Part shown: in pieces, positions 37,564-48,198 of the stretch
Position numbering within the stretch: the stretch's first letter is position 1
Layout: every line of letters starts with the position of its first letter
NCBI GenBank assembly: GCA_963808235.1
Contig: CAWEEQ010000001.1
Location: 160,001-224,000, forward strand
Origin: an uncultured delta proteobacterium
GTDB lineage: Bacteria > Desulfobacterota > Binatia > Binatales > Binataceae
Direction of reading: 5' to 3'
Length of the DNA stretch: 64,000 nucleotides
The notes under the pieces: generated by a model
Database searches by the model: none
What the model saw: only the letters and a program-made list of their open reading frames with translations
What the model was told of the DNA's origin: nothing
Position numbers and translations under genes: made by a program

Positions 37564-38431
37564 ATGCCATCCTCACGCTGTGTACTTGTCATCGGGATGC
37601 ATCGCAGTGGAACCAGCGCACTCGCTCGCGGTTTGCAGATGCTGGGCGTTTACCTGGGGAATAACTTTCTAAGCCCACGACCCGATAACCCCACCGGCTA
37701 TTGGGAGGATAGATATATCTGCGAACTCAACGAGCGTCTGCTAGCCGCACTCGGGCTCAAGTGGGAAGATGTCGCGCTGATTGACGATGCACGATGGAGT
37801 GGACCCGAGGTAGAAGCTCTGCGTGCGGAGGCTGTCGAGTACCTTAGATCTGAATTCGCGACTCATCCGCTGTGGGGATTCAAAGATCCGCGCACGATCC
37901 GGCTACTACCTTTCTGGCACTCAGTACTACATCGTCTTGAAGTCGATGAGTGCTACTTGGTGGTAATCAGAAATCCTCGCAGCGTTGCTCTGTCGCTGCT
38001 CCAGCGCCACGGTATGGATGAGGTAACGGCGCATTTTCTGTGGCTGGTCTACATGGTCCCCTATCTAAGTGAGATCGCGCATCGACCATTCATAGTTGCC
38101 GACTATGACATGGTAATGGCCGACCCTCGGCGGCAGATTGAACGAGTCGCACACGGTCTGAAAATTCCGTTGAATGATACGCTCGAAATCCGCGATCGAG
38201 CAGTTCGCCGGTGACTTTCTGGATCCGAAATTGCGTCACAGTTTCTTCAAAGAGTCCGACTTCGATACGAATCCCAAGCTCCGTCCTCTTACCAGGGAAG
38301 CATACCTATGGCTCCGCCAGATGGCCGAAGACCTTATAGGTACTGATTCGCCTCGATTCTGGTCGGCTTGGGAAAGCAGCCGCCAAGCCCTTCGAGGACT
38401 GGTGGCCGGCGCTTGTGAGAGTCTTGGCTAA
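37564..38431 (+). pseudogene. Sulfotransferase family protein with a +1 frameshift near 38182
   Basis: GMHRSGTS, NPTGYWE, WGFKDPR, RNP; removing C38182 joins the 37564 and 38174 ORFs (NDTSKSAIEQF..FLDPKLRH). Confidence 0.7.
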
Positions 38432-39287
38432 CAGCGATACCTCGGGAGCGGCCGGTTTCCGGCTGTTTGTAGTGATCGGCGCGCAACGATCAGGCACCAA
38501 CATATTGCGCGAGATTCTGAACACCAACGAGGAGATCGCGATGCTCGGTGAGGTGCTGTCGCCCAGCCCGGCGCCAGCCCACTGGGACAACTTCCGTCGC
38601 AGCGGGCCGCTCCGCAGCGTTCTTCCCGCCTCTTACGGCGAGACCGAATCGCTCCTCGATCAATATTTCGAATTTGTGCAGTATCGTATCCGCAACCATT
38701 GGGAAGGCAACAAGAAGAGGCGCAGTCACGCCATCGGCGTGGATATCAAATACAATCAACTGCGACAGATCGCGCCCGCGAACTGGAATTCTTCGTCCGC
38801 TCCATTTATTCTGGGGTACCTGCAATCTCGCGGGGCTACGCTGATTCATACGACAAGAAACGTAATACATTGCGCCATTTCGACGTTGATCGCCGCACAG
38901 CGAAATGTCTGGCACAACTATGATGGCGCTGTGATCGATCGCAGCTACAACCTCGATCCTGGAGAGTGCCTGGCGCATGCGCGGACAATCCTTCAGCATC
39001 GCGATGCCTTCATCGAAGCTGCACGCGAGTGCAAGGTCGTCAATTGTCGCTACGAAGACCTGGTCGACGACACTATGAGAGCTGGCTCTCAGGAAGAGAT
39101 TCGTGAAGCCCCGGGGCCGCTCTCGGAGATCGCAACGGCGCTCGGAAGTCGTTACAAGTTTCGCTACGATGGACGTCTTCAAAAGGCGATAAATGTCCCA
39201 TACTCAAGACTGCTCTCGAACTACGATGCTCTGGTCGGGCGACTTAGAGACTCCGAGTTCTCGGCCCTTGTCCCGACTCTGGAGTAG
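38415..39287 (+). CDS. Sulfotransferase (Stf0/NodH-like)
   Basis: GAQRSGTN 5'-PSB, TRN....IS 3'-PB, YEDL. Confidence 0.8.
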   Translation: MRVLANSDTSGAAGFRLFVVIGAQRSGTNILREILNTNEEIAMLGEVLSPSPAPAHWDNFRRSGPLRSVLPASYGETESLLDQYFEFVQYRIRNHWEGNKKRRSHAIGVDIKYNQLRQIAPANWNSSSAPFILGYLQSRGATLIHTTRNVIHCAISTLIAAQRNVWHNYDGAVIDRSYNLDPGECLAHARTILQHRDAFIEAARECKVVNCRYEDLVDDTMRAGSQEEIREAPGPLSEIATALGSRYKFRYDGRLQKAINVPYSRLLSNYDALVGRLRDSEFSALVPTLE

Positions 39288-39329
39288 TAGCGGCCGCGAG
39301 CGTCAATTTGGATTTGTTGGGTTTGTTCA

Positions 39330-40388
39330 GTGGGAACTTCTGACTCCCGAACGGTGAACGCCAAGCCCTGGCTCGATCCCAATGCGAAAGCCGGGAGCTA
39401 CGCGCCAGGCATGCTCGGACTGGAAGAGCGCAAGCTGCTCTATCAGTTAGCCCGCCACACCTACACCGGTGAAGGCGCTGTGGTCGAGCTAGGAGCCTTT
39501 TGCGGAGCCTCCACTTGCTGCCTGGCGGCGGGCCTGAGAGACAATCCGCGAGCCGCGGGCCGTCACGTCGATTCCTATGATTGCTTCATTGCCAGCGAGC
39601 CATACTTGGTGGAGTTCATTCGCACGCAATTTGGTGCGACGCTTGAGATCGGGCAGTCTTTCGCAGAGATTTTTCGACGTGCCACAGCTGAGTTGGCCGA
39701 TCGCATAGAAGTTCATGCGGGTGACTTGCTCGAGCAGACCTGGCCGCCCAAGACGCCTATAGAGATACTATTTGTCGACGTGGCTAAGACGCTTGCTCTG
39801 AGTGGCAAAGTGTTATCCGAGTTTTTTGCTCATCTCATCCCGGCGAAATCGATTGTCATTCACCAGGATTTCTATCACCCCACCGCGTTCTACCTTCCCG
39901 TAGTGATGGACTACCTCATGGACCACTTCACCATCATCGAGGCAGGCCGCGACTGGTCAGTAGCGTTCCGGCTCGAGACAGCGATTCCGGAAAGAAAACT
40001 GCAGATTGCCAGCTTCTACAAATTCTCTTTCGCTCAACAACAGGCTGCTCTGCGGCGCATGATGCGGCGCGTCGGCATGCCGGGAATCGATTACCTTCGC
40101 CTATCGGAGTGTGCGGCCATCGGAACCCACTTCGGCGAACAGCGGTTTCGAGCAGCATTGGCCGCCTCAATTCGACGGTCGAAACTTGACACGGATCGAG
40201 TGTGGTCCGACGGGCTCGCCTGGTGCAGTGATTTTAACGCGTCCCGCATCCGCACCAGGCTTTATGGCAGAGCGTCTTTGATGCCTCCTCCAACCTCCGC
40301 TGATAAGGCTCACCTCATGCTGTCGGCCATTCTTTCGGAGGTCGCCGCACGGATTATGCCAGGCGTCGGGCAACGTCTCACAGGGTAG
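39330..40388 (+). CDS. Class I SAM-dependent methyltransferase
   Basis: VVELGAFCGAST, IEILFVD..K, VIHQD. Confidence 0.8.
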   Translation: MGTSDSRTVNAKPWLDPNAKAGSYAPGMLGLEERKLLYQLARHTYTGEGAVVELGAFCGASTCCLAAGLRDNPRAAGRHVDSYDCFIASEPYLVEFIRTQFGATLEIGQSFAEIFRRATAELADRIEVHAGDLLEQTWPPKTPIEILFVDVAKTLALSGKVLSEFFAHLIPAKSIVIHQDFYHPTAFYLPVVMDYLMDHFTIIEAGRDWSVAFRLETAIPERKLQIASFYKFSFAQQQAALRRMMRRVGMPGIDYLRLSECAAIGTHFGEQRFRAALAASIRRSKLDTDRVWSDGLAWCSDFNASRIRTRLYGRASLMPPPTSADKAHLMLSAILSEVAARIMPGVGQRLTG

Positions 40389-40403
40389 CAGTCTCGACCC
40401 GGT

Positions 40404-41552
40404 ATGCGACAATCCAGGCTCTCAACCATCGCGGTTCTCGTAGTTGCGAGCATCGCATTGACAGGATGGTCATCCACTATTGAAGCTCCTTTTGTAGTTT
40501 TCTTTCTAGTAGCCGGTGCGTGGACAATAACAATCGCCCTGTTCTCTCGTCTTGAGGTCGTCCGTAACTGCGCACTGATCTGTAGTTCAGTATTGTTCAG
40601 TATGGCGGTAGTCGAGACCTGTATGTACTTTGCTAACCGGTCGCAGATCATTATCACAAGGACGAAACCGGTCGAATGGCGGCGAAACCAGACGGACATA
40701 GACATAGGTTCTCGACCCGTACCAAATACGACGATTACATTTGAAGAAGCGCTCGGCGGTCGGAGGATCGACAAGGTCACGTACCGATTCGGCGGCAACG
40801 GTCTTAGAGAAATCCCTGCATCAGTCCAGGGAGGACCTTATAGGGTCGTGTTCTTCGGTTGTTCTTTCATGTTTGGTCATGGGGTCGAGGACGATCAGAC
40901 GCTACCCTATTACTTTGTGCGAGCAGCAAGAGGCACCTTTGAGGGGTTCAATTTCGCGGGCGACGGCTGGGGGCCGCATCAGATGCTTAGAGAGATTGAA
41001 ACCGGCTTCATTCGCCGTGTAGCAGGCACCCCCGAGCTGGCGATATATGAAGCAATCCCGGATCATCTGCGCCGGGTCGCTGGGCGTGCGCCATGGGAAG
41101 ATGGACCAAAGTACGATCTATGCCCAGATAACGAAGCTTGTTACTCCGGACAATATCATAGTGCCGACTACGCGACATGCCGCCGTTGGCTCGACAGGAG
41201 CTGGATCGTGAGGTTCTTCGAAAATCACTCCGGGAAGCTATCGCAACCCTCCGACCTCCCATTATATTTGGCAGTACTGAAGAGGACTCGAACTTTGCTA
41301 AAGGAAAACGGCACTCGTTTTGTAATCGTCTTATGGGATCAAAATGAGTTGGCCAAGACGATGTTGAAGGGCTTGAGGGCGAATCAATTTGATGTGATCG
41401 CGCTGTCTTCCATATTTCCCGAGAGTGATCTGAAGAATGGACTGCTCACGCAGCTTGATCGGCATCCGTCGCCGGCGACCAACCAGGAGATCGCTGCTTA
41501 TCTATGGAAACAGGTCGGCGAGCCGTTGGTGGATGCAAAGCACCCGCGATGA
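40404..41552 (+). CDS. Membrane-anchored SGNH-like protein
   Basis: Three N-terminal TM segments; N.LR, FFGCSFMFG.GVED..T, D.HPS. Confidence 0.7.
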   Translation: MRQSRLSTIAVLVVASIALTGWSSTIEAPFVVFFLVAGAWTITIALFSRLEVVRNCALICSSVLFSMAVVETCMYFANRSQIIITRTKPVEWRRNQTDIDIGSRPVPNTTITFEEALGGRRIDKVTYRFGGNGLREIPASVQGGPYRVVFFGCSFMFGHGVEDDQTLPYYFVRAARGTFEGFNFAGDGWGPHQMLREIETGFIRRVAGTPELAIYEAIPDHLRRVAGRAPWEDGPKYDLCPDNEACYSGQYHSADYATCRRWLDRSWIVRFFENHSGKLSQPSDLPLYLAVLKRTRTLLKENGTRFVIVLWDQNELAKTMLKGLRANQFDVIALSSIFPESDLKNGLLTQLDRHPSPATNQEIAAYLWKQVGEPLVDAKHPR

Positions 41553-41989
41553 AGACTTCGAGCGACTCGAATTTCCCCGAGCGCCTGGAGCACGGCGACA
41601 GCCCACGCGGCTCTACTGATCGCTTCTTTGGACTTCTGTTCAGCGCCTTCTGGGGTGTGGTGGCGATGGCTCCGCTAAGAAGAGGTGGGTCGCTTCGAGC
41701 ATGGGCGGTAGTTCTCGCCGCAGCGTTCCTCGTCACCAGTCTCATCAGGCCAACTCTGCTTGGACCACTGAATCAGCAGTGGCAGAGGTTGGGACGATTG
41801 ATGCAGAAGCTAACCAATCCGATCGTGATGGTGGTCCTGTACTTTTCTACCATCGTTCCCTTTGGACTGATCATGCGGCTACTGCGTCGAGATGGCTTGC
41901 GATTAAAGTGGGATCGTGGGTCGGCAACTTATTGGATACCGCGCGACCCGCCTGGCCCGACACCCGAATCGATGAAGGATCAGTTCTAA
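41549..41989 (+). CDS. SxtJ family membrane protein
   Basis: DRFFG, P..L.PLN..W..LG, P.GLIMR, TYWIPR, MKDQF; ATGA overlap. Confidence 0.85.
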   Translation: MKTSSDSNFPERLEHGDSPRGSTDRFFGLLFSAFWGVVAMAPLRRGGSLRAWAVVLAAAFLVTSLIRPTLLGPLNQQWQRLGRLMQKLTNPIVMVVLYFSTIVPFGLIMRLLRRDGLRLKWDRGSATYWIPRDPPGPTPESMKDQF

Positions 41990-41998
41990 GAGCCGGAT

Positions 41999-42148
41999 AT
42001 GAATTTTGTGGCCGAACTTTGGCGGTTCATGAGGGCGCGAAAGAAATTCTGGCTGCTCCCGATGATTCTGGTCTTCGCGATCATGGGCGCGCTCTTAGTG
42101 ATCACTCAAAGCAGCGCGCTGGCTCCCTTCATCTACACTCTGTTCTGA
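41999..42148 (+). CDS. DUF5989 (SxtK-like) small protein
   Basis: MNFVAELWRFMRARKKFWLLPMILVFAIMGALLVITQSSALAPFIYTLF*; below the ORF-track cutoff. Confidence 0.9.
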   Translation: MNFVAELWRFMRARKKFWLLPMILVFAIMGALLVITQSSALAPFIYTLF

Positions 42149-42154
42149 GCCAGA

Positions 42155-43987
42155 ATGCGAGTGCTCGGCATCTCCGCGTTCTACCACGACAGCGCCGCGG
42201 CGCTGATCGACGAGGGCCGAATTATGTGCGCGGCGCAGGAAGAGCGCTTCACGCGCAAGAAGCACGACTCACGGTTCCCGCTGCACGCGATCGAATTCTG
42301 CCTCAAGCACTCAGGACACTCACTGCGCGAGATTGACTATGTAGTCTTCTATGACAAGCCGTTGCTGAAGTTCGAGCGCCTGCTCGAGACCTACCTGGCA
42401 TTCGCGCCCCGTGGATTCACATCGTTTCGTACTTCAATGCCGGTCTGGCTGCGCGAGAAGCTCTTTCAAAAGCGCGTATTGCGTCGCGCTCTGGTGGAGT
42501 TGAACGGCGGAATCGAGTTGGGTGACCGCTTACTGTTCGCCGAGCATCATCAGAGCCATGCAGCGTCGGCGTTCTTTGCATCGCCCTTCAAGCAGGCGGT
42601 GATACTCACTCTCGACGGAGTGGGCGAATGGGCAACCACTTCGGCAAGCCTGGGTAACGACACGCGGCTCGAGATGATTAAGGAGATACACTTTCCGCAT
42701 TCACTCGGGCTGCTCTATTCCGCATTCACGCATTACGCGGGTTTCAAGGTCAATTCGGGCGAGTACAAATTGATGGGTCTGGCGCCCTACGGCTCACCGC
42801 GCTTTCGCGACTTGATCCTCGACAACCTGATTGACTTGAAAGCGGACGGCTCATTCCGTTTGGACCTCAGCTACTTTGACTATTGTGTAGGGCTGCGAAT
42901 GACCAGCGCGAAGTTCGAGCAGTTGTTCGGCGGGCCGGCCCGAAAACCCGAATCTCAGATTACCCAGCGCGACATGGATCTGGCGGCTTCGATCCAGTCG
43001 GTGACCGAGGAAGTGATACTCAGGCTTACGCGTGCGCTCGCCGCCGAAACCGGATTCAGGAATCTCTGTCTCGCAGGAGGCGTGGCGCTCAATTGCGTTG
43101 CCAACGGCAAGGTCTGGCGCGATCGGCGGTTTGAAAATATCTGGATTCAGCCCGCCGCTGGAGACGCGGGTGGCGCGCTTGGAGCCGCGCTCGCCGCTTA
43201 CCATCAGTTCTTGAAGCAGCCACGTCGAAATGAGGGTCAAGACCTGATGCTCGGATCATACTTAGGGCCTATGTTCTCGCAGAAGGAGATCGAGAGTCGT
43301 CTGGCGGCGGCCGGTGCCCGGTTCGAGGTCTGCGATGACGAGACTCTATTGAGAGCGAGCGCGGACGCGTTGGCCGCCGGCAAAGCTCTCGGCTGGTTCC
43401 AGGGACGGATGGAATTCGGGCAGCGCGCACTCGGCGCTCGTTCGATCCTTGCCGACCCCCGCAGTCCAGCCGCGCAACGAACGCTCAATCAGACGGTAAA
43501 ATTCCGCGAGTCGTTTCGCCCGTTTGCGCCGTCGGTGTTGCGTGAGGATTTGCAGGATTGGTTCGACCTTGATCGCGACAGTCCCTATATGATGTTGGTC
43601 GCCGACGTGAAGAAAGAACGCCGGCGAGTACTCACCGCTGAAGAACGATCGCAACTCGGGATCGAGCGGCTGAACATCGTAAGGTCGGAGATTCCGGCGG
43701 TTACGCACGTAGACTATTCGGCTCGTGTACAGACGGTGCATCGCGAAACCAACCCACGCTACCATGCGTTGCTGCGCGCCTTCAGACAACGCACAGGATG
43801 CCCCGTCCTGGTCAACACCAGCTTCAACGTGCGAGGCGAACCCATAGTATGTACGCCGGATGACGCGTGGCGATGCTTCATGGGAACCGCGATCGATTCG
43901 TTGGCGATCGGCAATTGCTTCCTCGACAAAGCGCACCAAGACTCCACTGCCCTGCGAAAATACGCGGCCACCGTCGAACGCGACTGA
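42155..43987 (+). CDS. O-carbamoyltransferase (NodU/CmcH family)
   Basis: GISAFYHDSAAA, QEERFTRKKH, EHHQSHAASAF, GEYKLMGLAPYG, AGGVALNC, RPFAP, NTSFN. Confidence 0.95.
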   Translation: MRVLGISAFYHDSAAALIDEGRIMCAAQEERFTRKKHDSRFPLHAIEFCLKHSGHSLREIDYVVFYDKPLLKFERLLETYLAFAPRGFTSFRTSMPVWLREKLFQKRVLRRALVELNGGIELGDRLLFAEHHQSHAASAFFASPFKQAVILTLDGVGEWATTSASLGNDTRLEMIKEIHFPHSLGLLYSAFTHYAGFKVNSGEYKLMGLAPYGSPRFRDLILDNLIDLKADGSFRLDLSYFDYCVGLRMTSAKFEQLFGGPARKPESQITQRDMDLAASIQSVTEEVILRLTRALAAETGFRNLCLAGGVALNCVANGKVWRDRRFENIWIQPAAGDAGGALGAALAAYHQFLKQPRRNEGQDLMLGSYLGPMFSQKEIESRLAAAGARFEVCDDETLLRASADALAAGKALGWFQGRMEFGQRALGARSILADPRSPAAQRTLNQTVKFRESFRPFAPSVLREDLQDWFDLDRDSPYMMLVADVKKERRRVLTAEERSQLGIERLNIVRSEIPAVTHVDYSARVQTVHRETNPRYHALLRAFRQRTGCPVLVNTSFNVRGEPIVCTPDDAWRCFMGTAIDSLAIGNCFLDKAHQDSTALRKYAATVERD

Positions 43988-44039
43988 TCACTACTACATG
44001 GAGCAGATTTGGGACGGCTGCAACTGAAGCTGCGAGGAG

Positions 44040-45275
44040 TCAGACACTGATGGTGGTTCGCCGATAGTAGTGCTGCAGGATTTCTGTGTAGGTCTTGCCG
44101 TCGTTTGCCATGACTGCCGCGCCGATCTGGCATAGGCCGACCCCGTGTCCCCAACCTGCTCCTCTTATAACAAACTGGCCGCCTTCCTTGTCGACGACGA
44201 ATGCAGAGCTGTACAGATGCGTGCGCGACAAGGCGCGGCGAATTTCCAGTTCCTTGCCGATGACGACGTAGTCGCGTTCTCCGGTGATCTTCAGCCGATA
44301 AATTCGGCCTGACGGTCCGCGGCCAAGGGCTTCCATGTCGCGAATCGGACCAAGGTCCGCGCCGAGTCTCGTAGTGATCAGATCGGCGAGTTCTTCGGGT
44401 GTGTATGCGACCCGCCAGCGATAGAAATCTCGGGTCTCCTGATCGAATCCAGGCAGAACGCGTGAGAGAAGCTGCGAATCGTCCGTATTGCAGTAAGCCG
44501 GGGGAGCGGAACGTATCCATGTCTCAAGACTGTGAGAGTTGGATTGCGCGGGACCGTCGTAGGTTGATTCAAGATAGGGAATGTCTTCATCTTCCCAGGC
44601 GGTCGCATAGCGCTCGGTTATTCCGCCGCAGCATTTGGAGAATCGCGCGTCGCAGATAGCGCCGTTGTAGCGGAGAAACTCGCCCGCCGTCGCGCGAACC
44701 GCTTCGGCTGCAGCCGGAGAGAATGCCTTCGTGATGCCTTGATAGCGTTGGCAGTGGTCATCGGCACAGACGTTGAAATCCGGATGCGCTTCGCGGCCGT
44801 ACCATCGAAGGATTTCGTGAGAATCGAGTCCCTCGCGCAGCGCCCTCGCGGATGGAGAGGGACTCGCCTTCGGAGACCACAGCCAGCTGCGCGAAATGAC
44901 AGCGTGAGCTTTCAGAAGTTCGAGCGGACAGCTTGCGCTCATCTCGGATGAAATCACGCTCGTGACGTACTCCTCGAGCGGAACATCATTGATCAGCGTC
45001 AGCCCGGCTTCACGTCTGATGAGGCGAAAGGCGCCGCGAAATACCTGGCGCTCCTTGCGCTCCCAATGAAATCCGATTCCGATCGTGATGTCGTTCACCG
45101 CGAACGCGCACGATGCCGGCTTCGACGGAGTAAGCGTAAGTTCAGAAGTAAATCTGTGGCGTCCGGCAATGTACGGCTTGCCGTGAGTATCGGTAAACGT
45201 ACCCGTCAATTCGACTTCGACGGCGGATCGCCCTTCAATCAGACCCACCGATACGTTCATTGCCGATACGTTCAA
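44040..45275 (-). CDS. SpoIID/LytB domain protein
   Basis: LEEYV.SVISSEM, LKAHAVISRS, CADDHCQRYQG, GWGHGVGLCQIGA, ILQHYY. Confidence 0.92.
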   Translation of the reverse strand: MNVSAMNVSVGLIEGRSAVEVELTGTFTDTHGKPYIAGRHRFTSELTLTPSKPASCAFAVNDITIGIGFHWERKERQVFRGAFRLIRREAGLTLINDVPLEEYVTSVISSEMSASCPLELLKAHAVISRSWLWSPKASPSPSARALREGLDSHEILRWYGREAHPDFNVCADDHCQRYQGITKAFSPAAAEAVRATAGEFLRYNGAICDARFSKCCGGITERYATAWEDEDIPYLESTYDGPAQSNSHSLETWIRSAPPAYCNTDDSQLLSRVLPGFDQETRDFYRWRVAYTPEELADLITTRLGADLGPIRDMEALGRGPSGRIYRLKITGERDYVVIGKELEIRRALSRTHLYSSAFVVDKEGGQFVIRGAGWGHGVGLCQIGAAVMANDGKTYTEILQHYYRRTTISV

Positions 45276-46165
45276 CGCGCACTCTCCAGCTTGCCGGCGA
45301 CTTCCTGAAACTGATCGTCAGGCAAAGTGACTTCGCGAAAAATTGCGGCGATGAGGTCACCGGTGATTCTTTCGAAATCCCGTGCGAGCGGCACTACAAA
45401 TATTCCGCACAAATCAATCGATGCCGGACTGACCGTCAGTTCGCCGGTGTGAAAGACCTCTGGCCGATGCTTTCCTCGCGGGAACAGATACGCGACCCAT
45501 TCCCCTCGCTCATGAAAGACCGCGATGTTGACCATCGGTTCCGGCCGTTTGCCCGTAGTTTCCCCGAGCAGTTCGATGGCGCGATCCATTCGATCGATCA
45601 AGTCAGATCGATCCCATCCACGAAGTATGAACACATTTCTTGCGTAGGTCGGCACGGTAACACCAGTCAGCCCGGCGGTGTCCTTCTCAATCGGAAACAA
45701 CGCTCGCGAGCCTGCCTGAAAGTGCATATGGTCTGGCGCCGATGCTCCGCATTCCGGACCGTTGTAGACGACGAAATATCCATCGAGGGCCGCCGCGATG
45801 TCGAGCATATTTCCGAACTGGTTCGCGATCCGCTGCGAGCCGTGTTCTCGGTGCGCGATCGTCAGGTGATGGTCCACGATGGGAAACGGATTGCAGTAGA
45901 TCGTAAAGTCCTCGTCGAACCGCAGACCTTCTTCCTCCGAAGGCAGATTCCCCGCGCACAGGAAGCAGGGACGTTTCGCGACCGACTCGCGGTCCACCGA
46001 CGCCGTTGTGCTACCCATCCGATGCGGAATGTGACGGATGAATACGTCGAACCAATCGATCCGCAGCGGCCGTGTCGTCGCTCGCGCGAGGCCTTCAACC
46101 CCTTTCGCGAGCTGCGGCCATGCCCGCTCCTGCCGTCCGAACAGTTCTTCTATTTTGTGGATCAC
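45272..46165 (-). CDS. DUF4922 domain protein (HIT-like)
   Basis: RPCFLC, NPFPI..HHLTI, YNGPECGASAPDHMHFQ, PRGKHRP, VSPASID. Confidence 0.88.
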   Translation of the reverse strand: MIHKIEELFGRQERAWPQLAKGVEGLARATTRPLRIDWFDVFIRHIPHRMGSTTASVDRESVAKRPCFLCAGNLPSEEEGLRFDEDFTIYCNPFPIVDHHLTIAHREHGSQRIANQFGNMLDIAAALDGYFVVYNGPECGASAPDHMHFQAGSRALFPIEKDTAGLTGVTVPTYARNVFILRGWDRSDLIDRMDRAIELLGETTGKRPEPMVNIAVFHERGEWVAYLFPRGKHRPEVFHTGELTVSPASIDLCGIFVVPLARDFERITGDLIAAIFREVTLPDDQFQEVAGKLESAR

Positions 46166-47436
46166 CGCCGCATCCGAGCCTGAATCTCGATAGTTCGGAG
46201 CCAGTCCTTGTACGAATCGTATCGATTCGCAACCTCGAGCGGCAGGGCGCTGTCGCTATTGCCTTCCCATCGGCGGCAAAGATAAACCGACTCGTAGATC
46301 CGGCCGATCTCATAGTCACGGCTGATGCGCAACGCTACAGTGTAATCCTCGCCGTAGCTGACATTCGGAAATCCTATACGGCGCAGAACCGAAGTGTTGA
46401 ATGCGCGCGGCGCGCCGAGACCATTGACGCGAAGCGCATTGTTTCTTCCGTTCTCACGACTCCACTCGCGATGATCGATTAGACCGGGCGGAATCTCCTT
46501 TAGCGAAAAGTCGACCATCGTATAGGAGCCTATGACCATCGCATAAGGTCCAGCGTCAAGTTCCGCGACAATCCGGCGAAGAACGCCGTCATCGATGTAC
46601 AAGTCGTCAGAATCAAGCTGGATGGCGTATTGTCCGCAGTGCCTTGAGTATATCGCCTCGTTCCAGCATCCACCGATTCCAAGGTCCGTGCGTTCGGGCA
46701 CGATGTGCTTAACGCGCGAATCGCTGACACCGCGCAGGATTTCCGTCGTCCGATCGATCGAATGGTTATCGACGACGATCACGTTGAAATCGAAATCAGC
46801 GCTCTGGACCAGCGCACTTTGAACGGCTTCCAGAATTGTCCTCTCGCGATTCCGAACCGGGATGACGACGCTTGCTTTTACCGGAAATGCTTCCGCGGCC
46901 GCAGGAACGATCTCGAAGTGCGGAGGCAACCAGGCGCCGATTCGTTTGAGGTGCGCCGTAGCGATGCGCTCCATCTCAATCTGGTAGTCACGATTGCGCG
47001 GATCCACATAGTCGAATTGCTTTTGACTCGTCGGTCGCGCATCGGTCATCGACGCGCTGTACAACGGTTCCGGAATCCGCACGATTGGATGTTTTTCCGA
47101 GATCCTCAACCGCAGGTCGTACAAGGCTCCCCATTTCCAGGTGCTTTCGATTCCCGCCTCGCGCGCAGCCTGAACCGACACGCCAACTACCGGGCCAAAG
47201 TCGAAGCCGTCGCGGATGCTCCCGCTCTGATAGTCGATACGAGGATGTCCCGCCGCGTCGGCATAAGCCCAGCCGGCGCCCGTTTCACGCATGACCTGCG
47301 TCATTCGATCGAACATGCGCGGGCCGGGGTCGATATTCACGCGCGGATCGCCGAGAAAGAGAAGATCGGAATCGGCGCGGTCGACGAGTAGTTTAATACT
47401 CGCGGACGAGTAGTCATTTGGATAAACGATGTTCAC
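46162..47436 (-). CDS. GT2 glycosyltransferase
   Basis: SVVIPVRNRERTI, VDNHS.D, LGIGGCWN, QLDSDD, SYGEDY. Confidence 0.92.
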   Translation of the reverse strand: MNIVYPNDYSSASIKLLVDRADSDLLFLGDPRVNIDPGPRMFDRMTQVMRETGAGWAYADAAGHPRIDYQSGSIRDGFDFGPVVGVSVQAAREAGIESTWKWGALYDLRLRISEKHPIVRIPEPLYSASMTDARPTSQKQFDYVDPRNRDYQIEMERIATAHLKRIGAWLPPHFEIVPAAAEAFPVKASVVIPVRNRERTILEAVQSALVQSADFDFNVIVVDNHSIDRTTEILRGVSDSRVKHIVPERTDLGIGGCWNEAIYSRHCGQYAIQLDSDDLYIDDGVLRRIVAELDAGPYAMVIGSYTMVDFSLKEIPPGLIDHREWSRENGRNNALRVNGLGAPRAFNTSVLRRIGFPNVSYGEDYTVALRISRDYEIGRIYESVYLCRRWEGNSDSALPLEVANRYDSYKDWLRTIEIQARMRR

Positions 47437-47456
47437 GCGCCACCCCGCCCATCATC

Positions 47457-48188
47457 TTAGCTGCGAACCGCATTGCGCCGCGTCAGCGGCTGCGGCCGCA
47501 TGACAATGACGCCAGCCATCCGATTTTCCTTGAGAAACTCGCTCAATTCCTGTTCCACGACCGAGCCCTGGCTGCGCGACGCATGCCGCATCGACACTCT
47601 CTTGCTATCGCGCACGATGATTCCAGCATGAAACACATCGAGATTCTTGCGTGTCGACGCAAAAAAAATCAGATCGCCGCTCTGCAAATATCGTTCGAGC
47701 CTTGGCACCGCCGCCTTTGGTACACATTTTACGCTAGTCCGGAGCGGATCGAGCCCGGCCACAACATTCAGAATCCGTTCCCTGCTGATTGTCGGGACCG
47801 ACGGCATTGAAACCGGCTTGATTATTCCTGCGCGTACATTGTTGTGAATCCAGCGCGTCATATAATGATTGCGCCGTTCCCATTGAATGCGGCCTTGTTC
47901 ATACCGAATCTTTCGCAGCCACTCGGCGAAGTCATCTACATTAGAAGCGCGCGCGAGCGCCACAACTGTCTCGATGTAGGTGACACAGTCGAAACCATCG
48001 AGGGAACTCGTGAACACTTCAGGCGTCTCGGCGGATCCAATCAGCGGATTTGGTTGGTAGTGATGTCCAAGGAAGCGGCGAGAGAGAACCTCAACTCGGC
48101 TACCGGCAGAATCGACATTCTTCGCTTCCGATAGAAGCTGTTCCACGCGCCAACGGCTGAGACCTCGTGGTTGCGGATGCTTCGTCAA
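47457..48188 (-). CDS. DUF1460 / NlpC-P60-like N-acetylmuramoyl-L-alanine amidase-like protein
   Basis: FDCVTYIETV.ALA, IRY..G, RNHY, LDVFHAG, RHAS; start approximate (TTG). Confidence 0.82.
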   Translation of the reverse strand: MTKHPQPRGLSRWRVEQLLSEAKNVDSAGSRVEVLSRRFLGHHYQPNPLIGSAETPEVFTSSLDGFDCVTYIETVVALARASNVDDFAEWLRKIRYEQGRIQWERRNHYMTRWIHNNVRAGIIKPVSMPSVPTISRERILNVVAGLDPLRTSVKCVPKAAVPRLERYLQSGDLIFFASTRKNLDVFHAGIIVRDSKRVSMRHASRSQGSVVEQELSEFLKENRMAGVIVMRPQPLTRRNAVRS

Positions 48189-48198
48189 ATGCTGAGAC

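Noticed and set aside
41549-43987. Saxitoxin biosynthesis cluster
   Set aside because: Only the widespread sxtI/J/K-like trio is present; sxtA, sxtG and other core genes are absent
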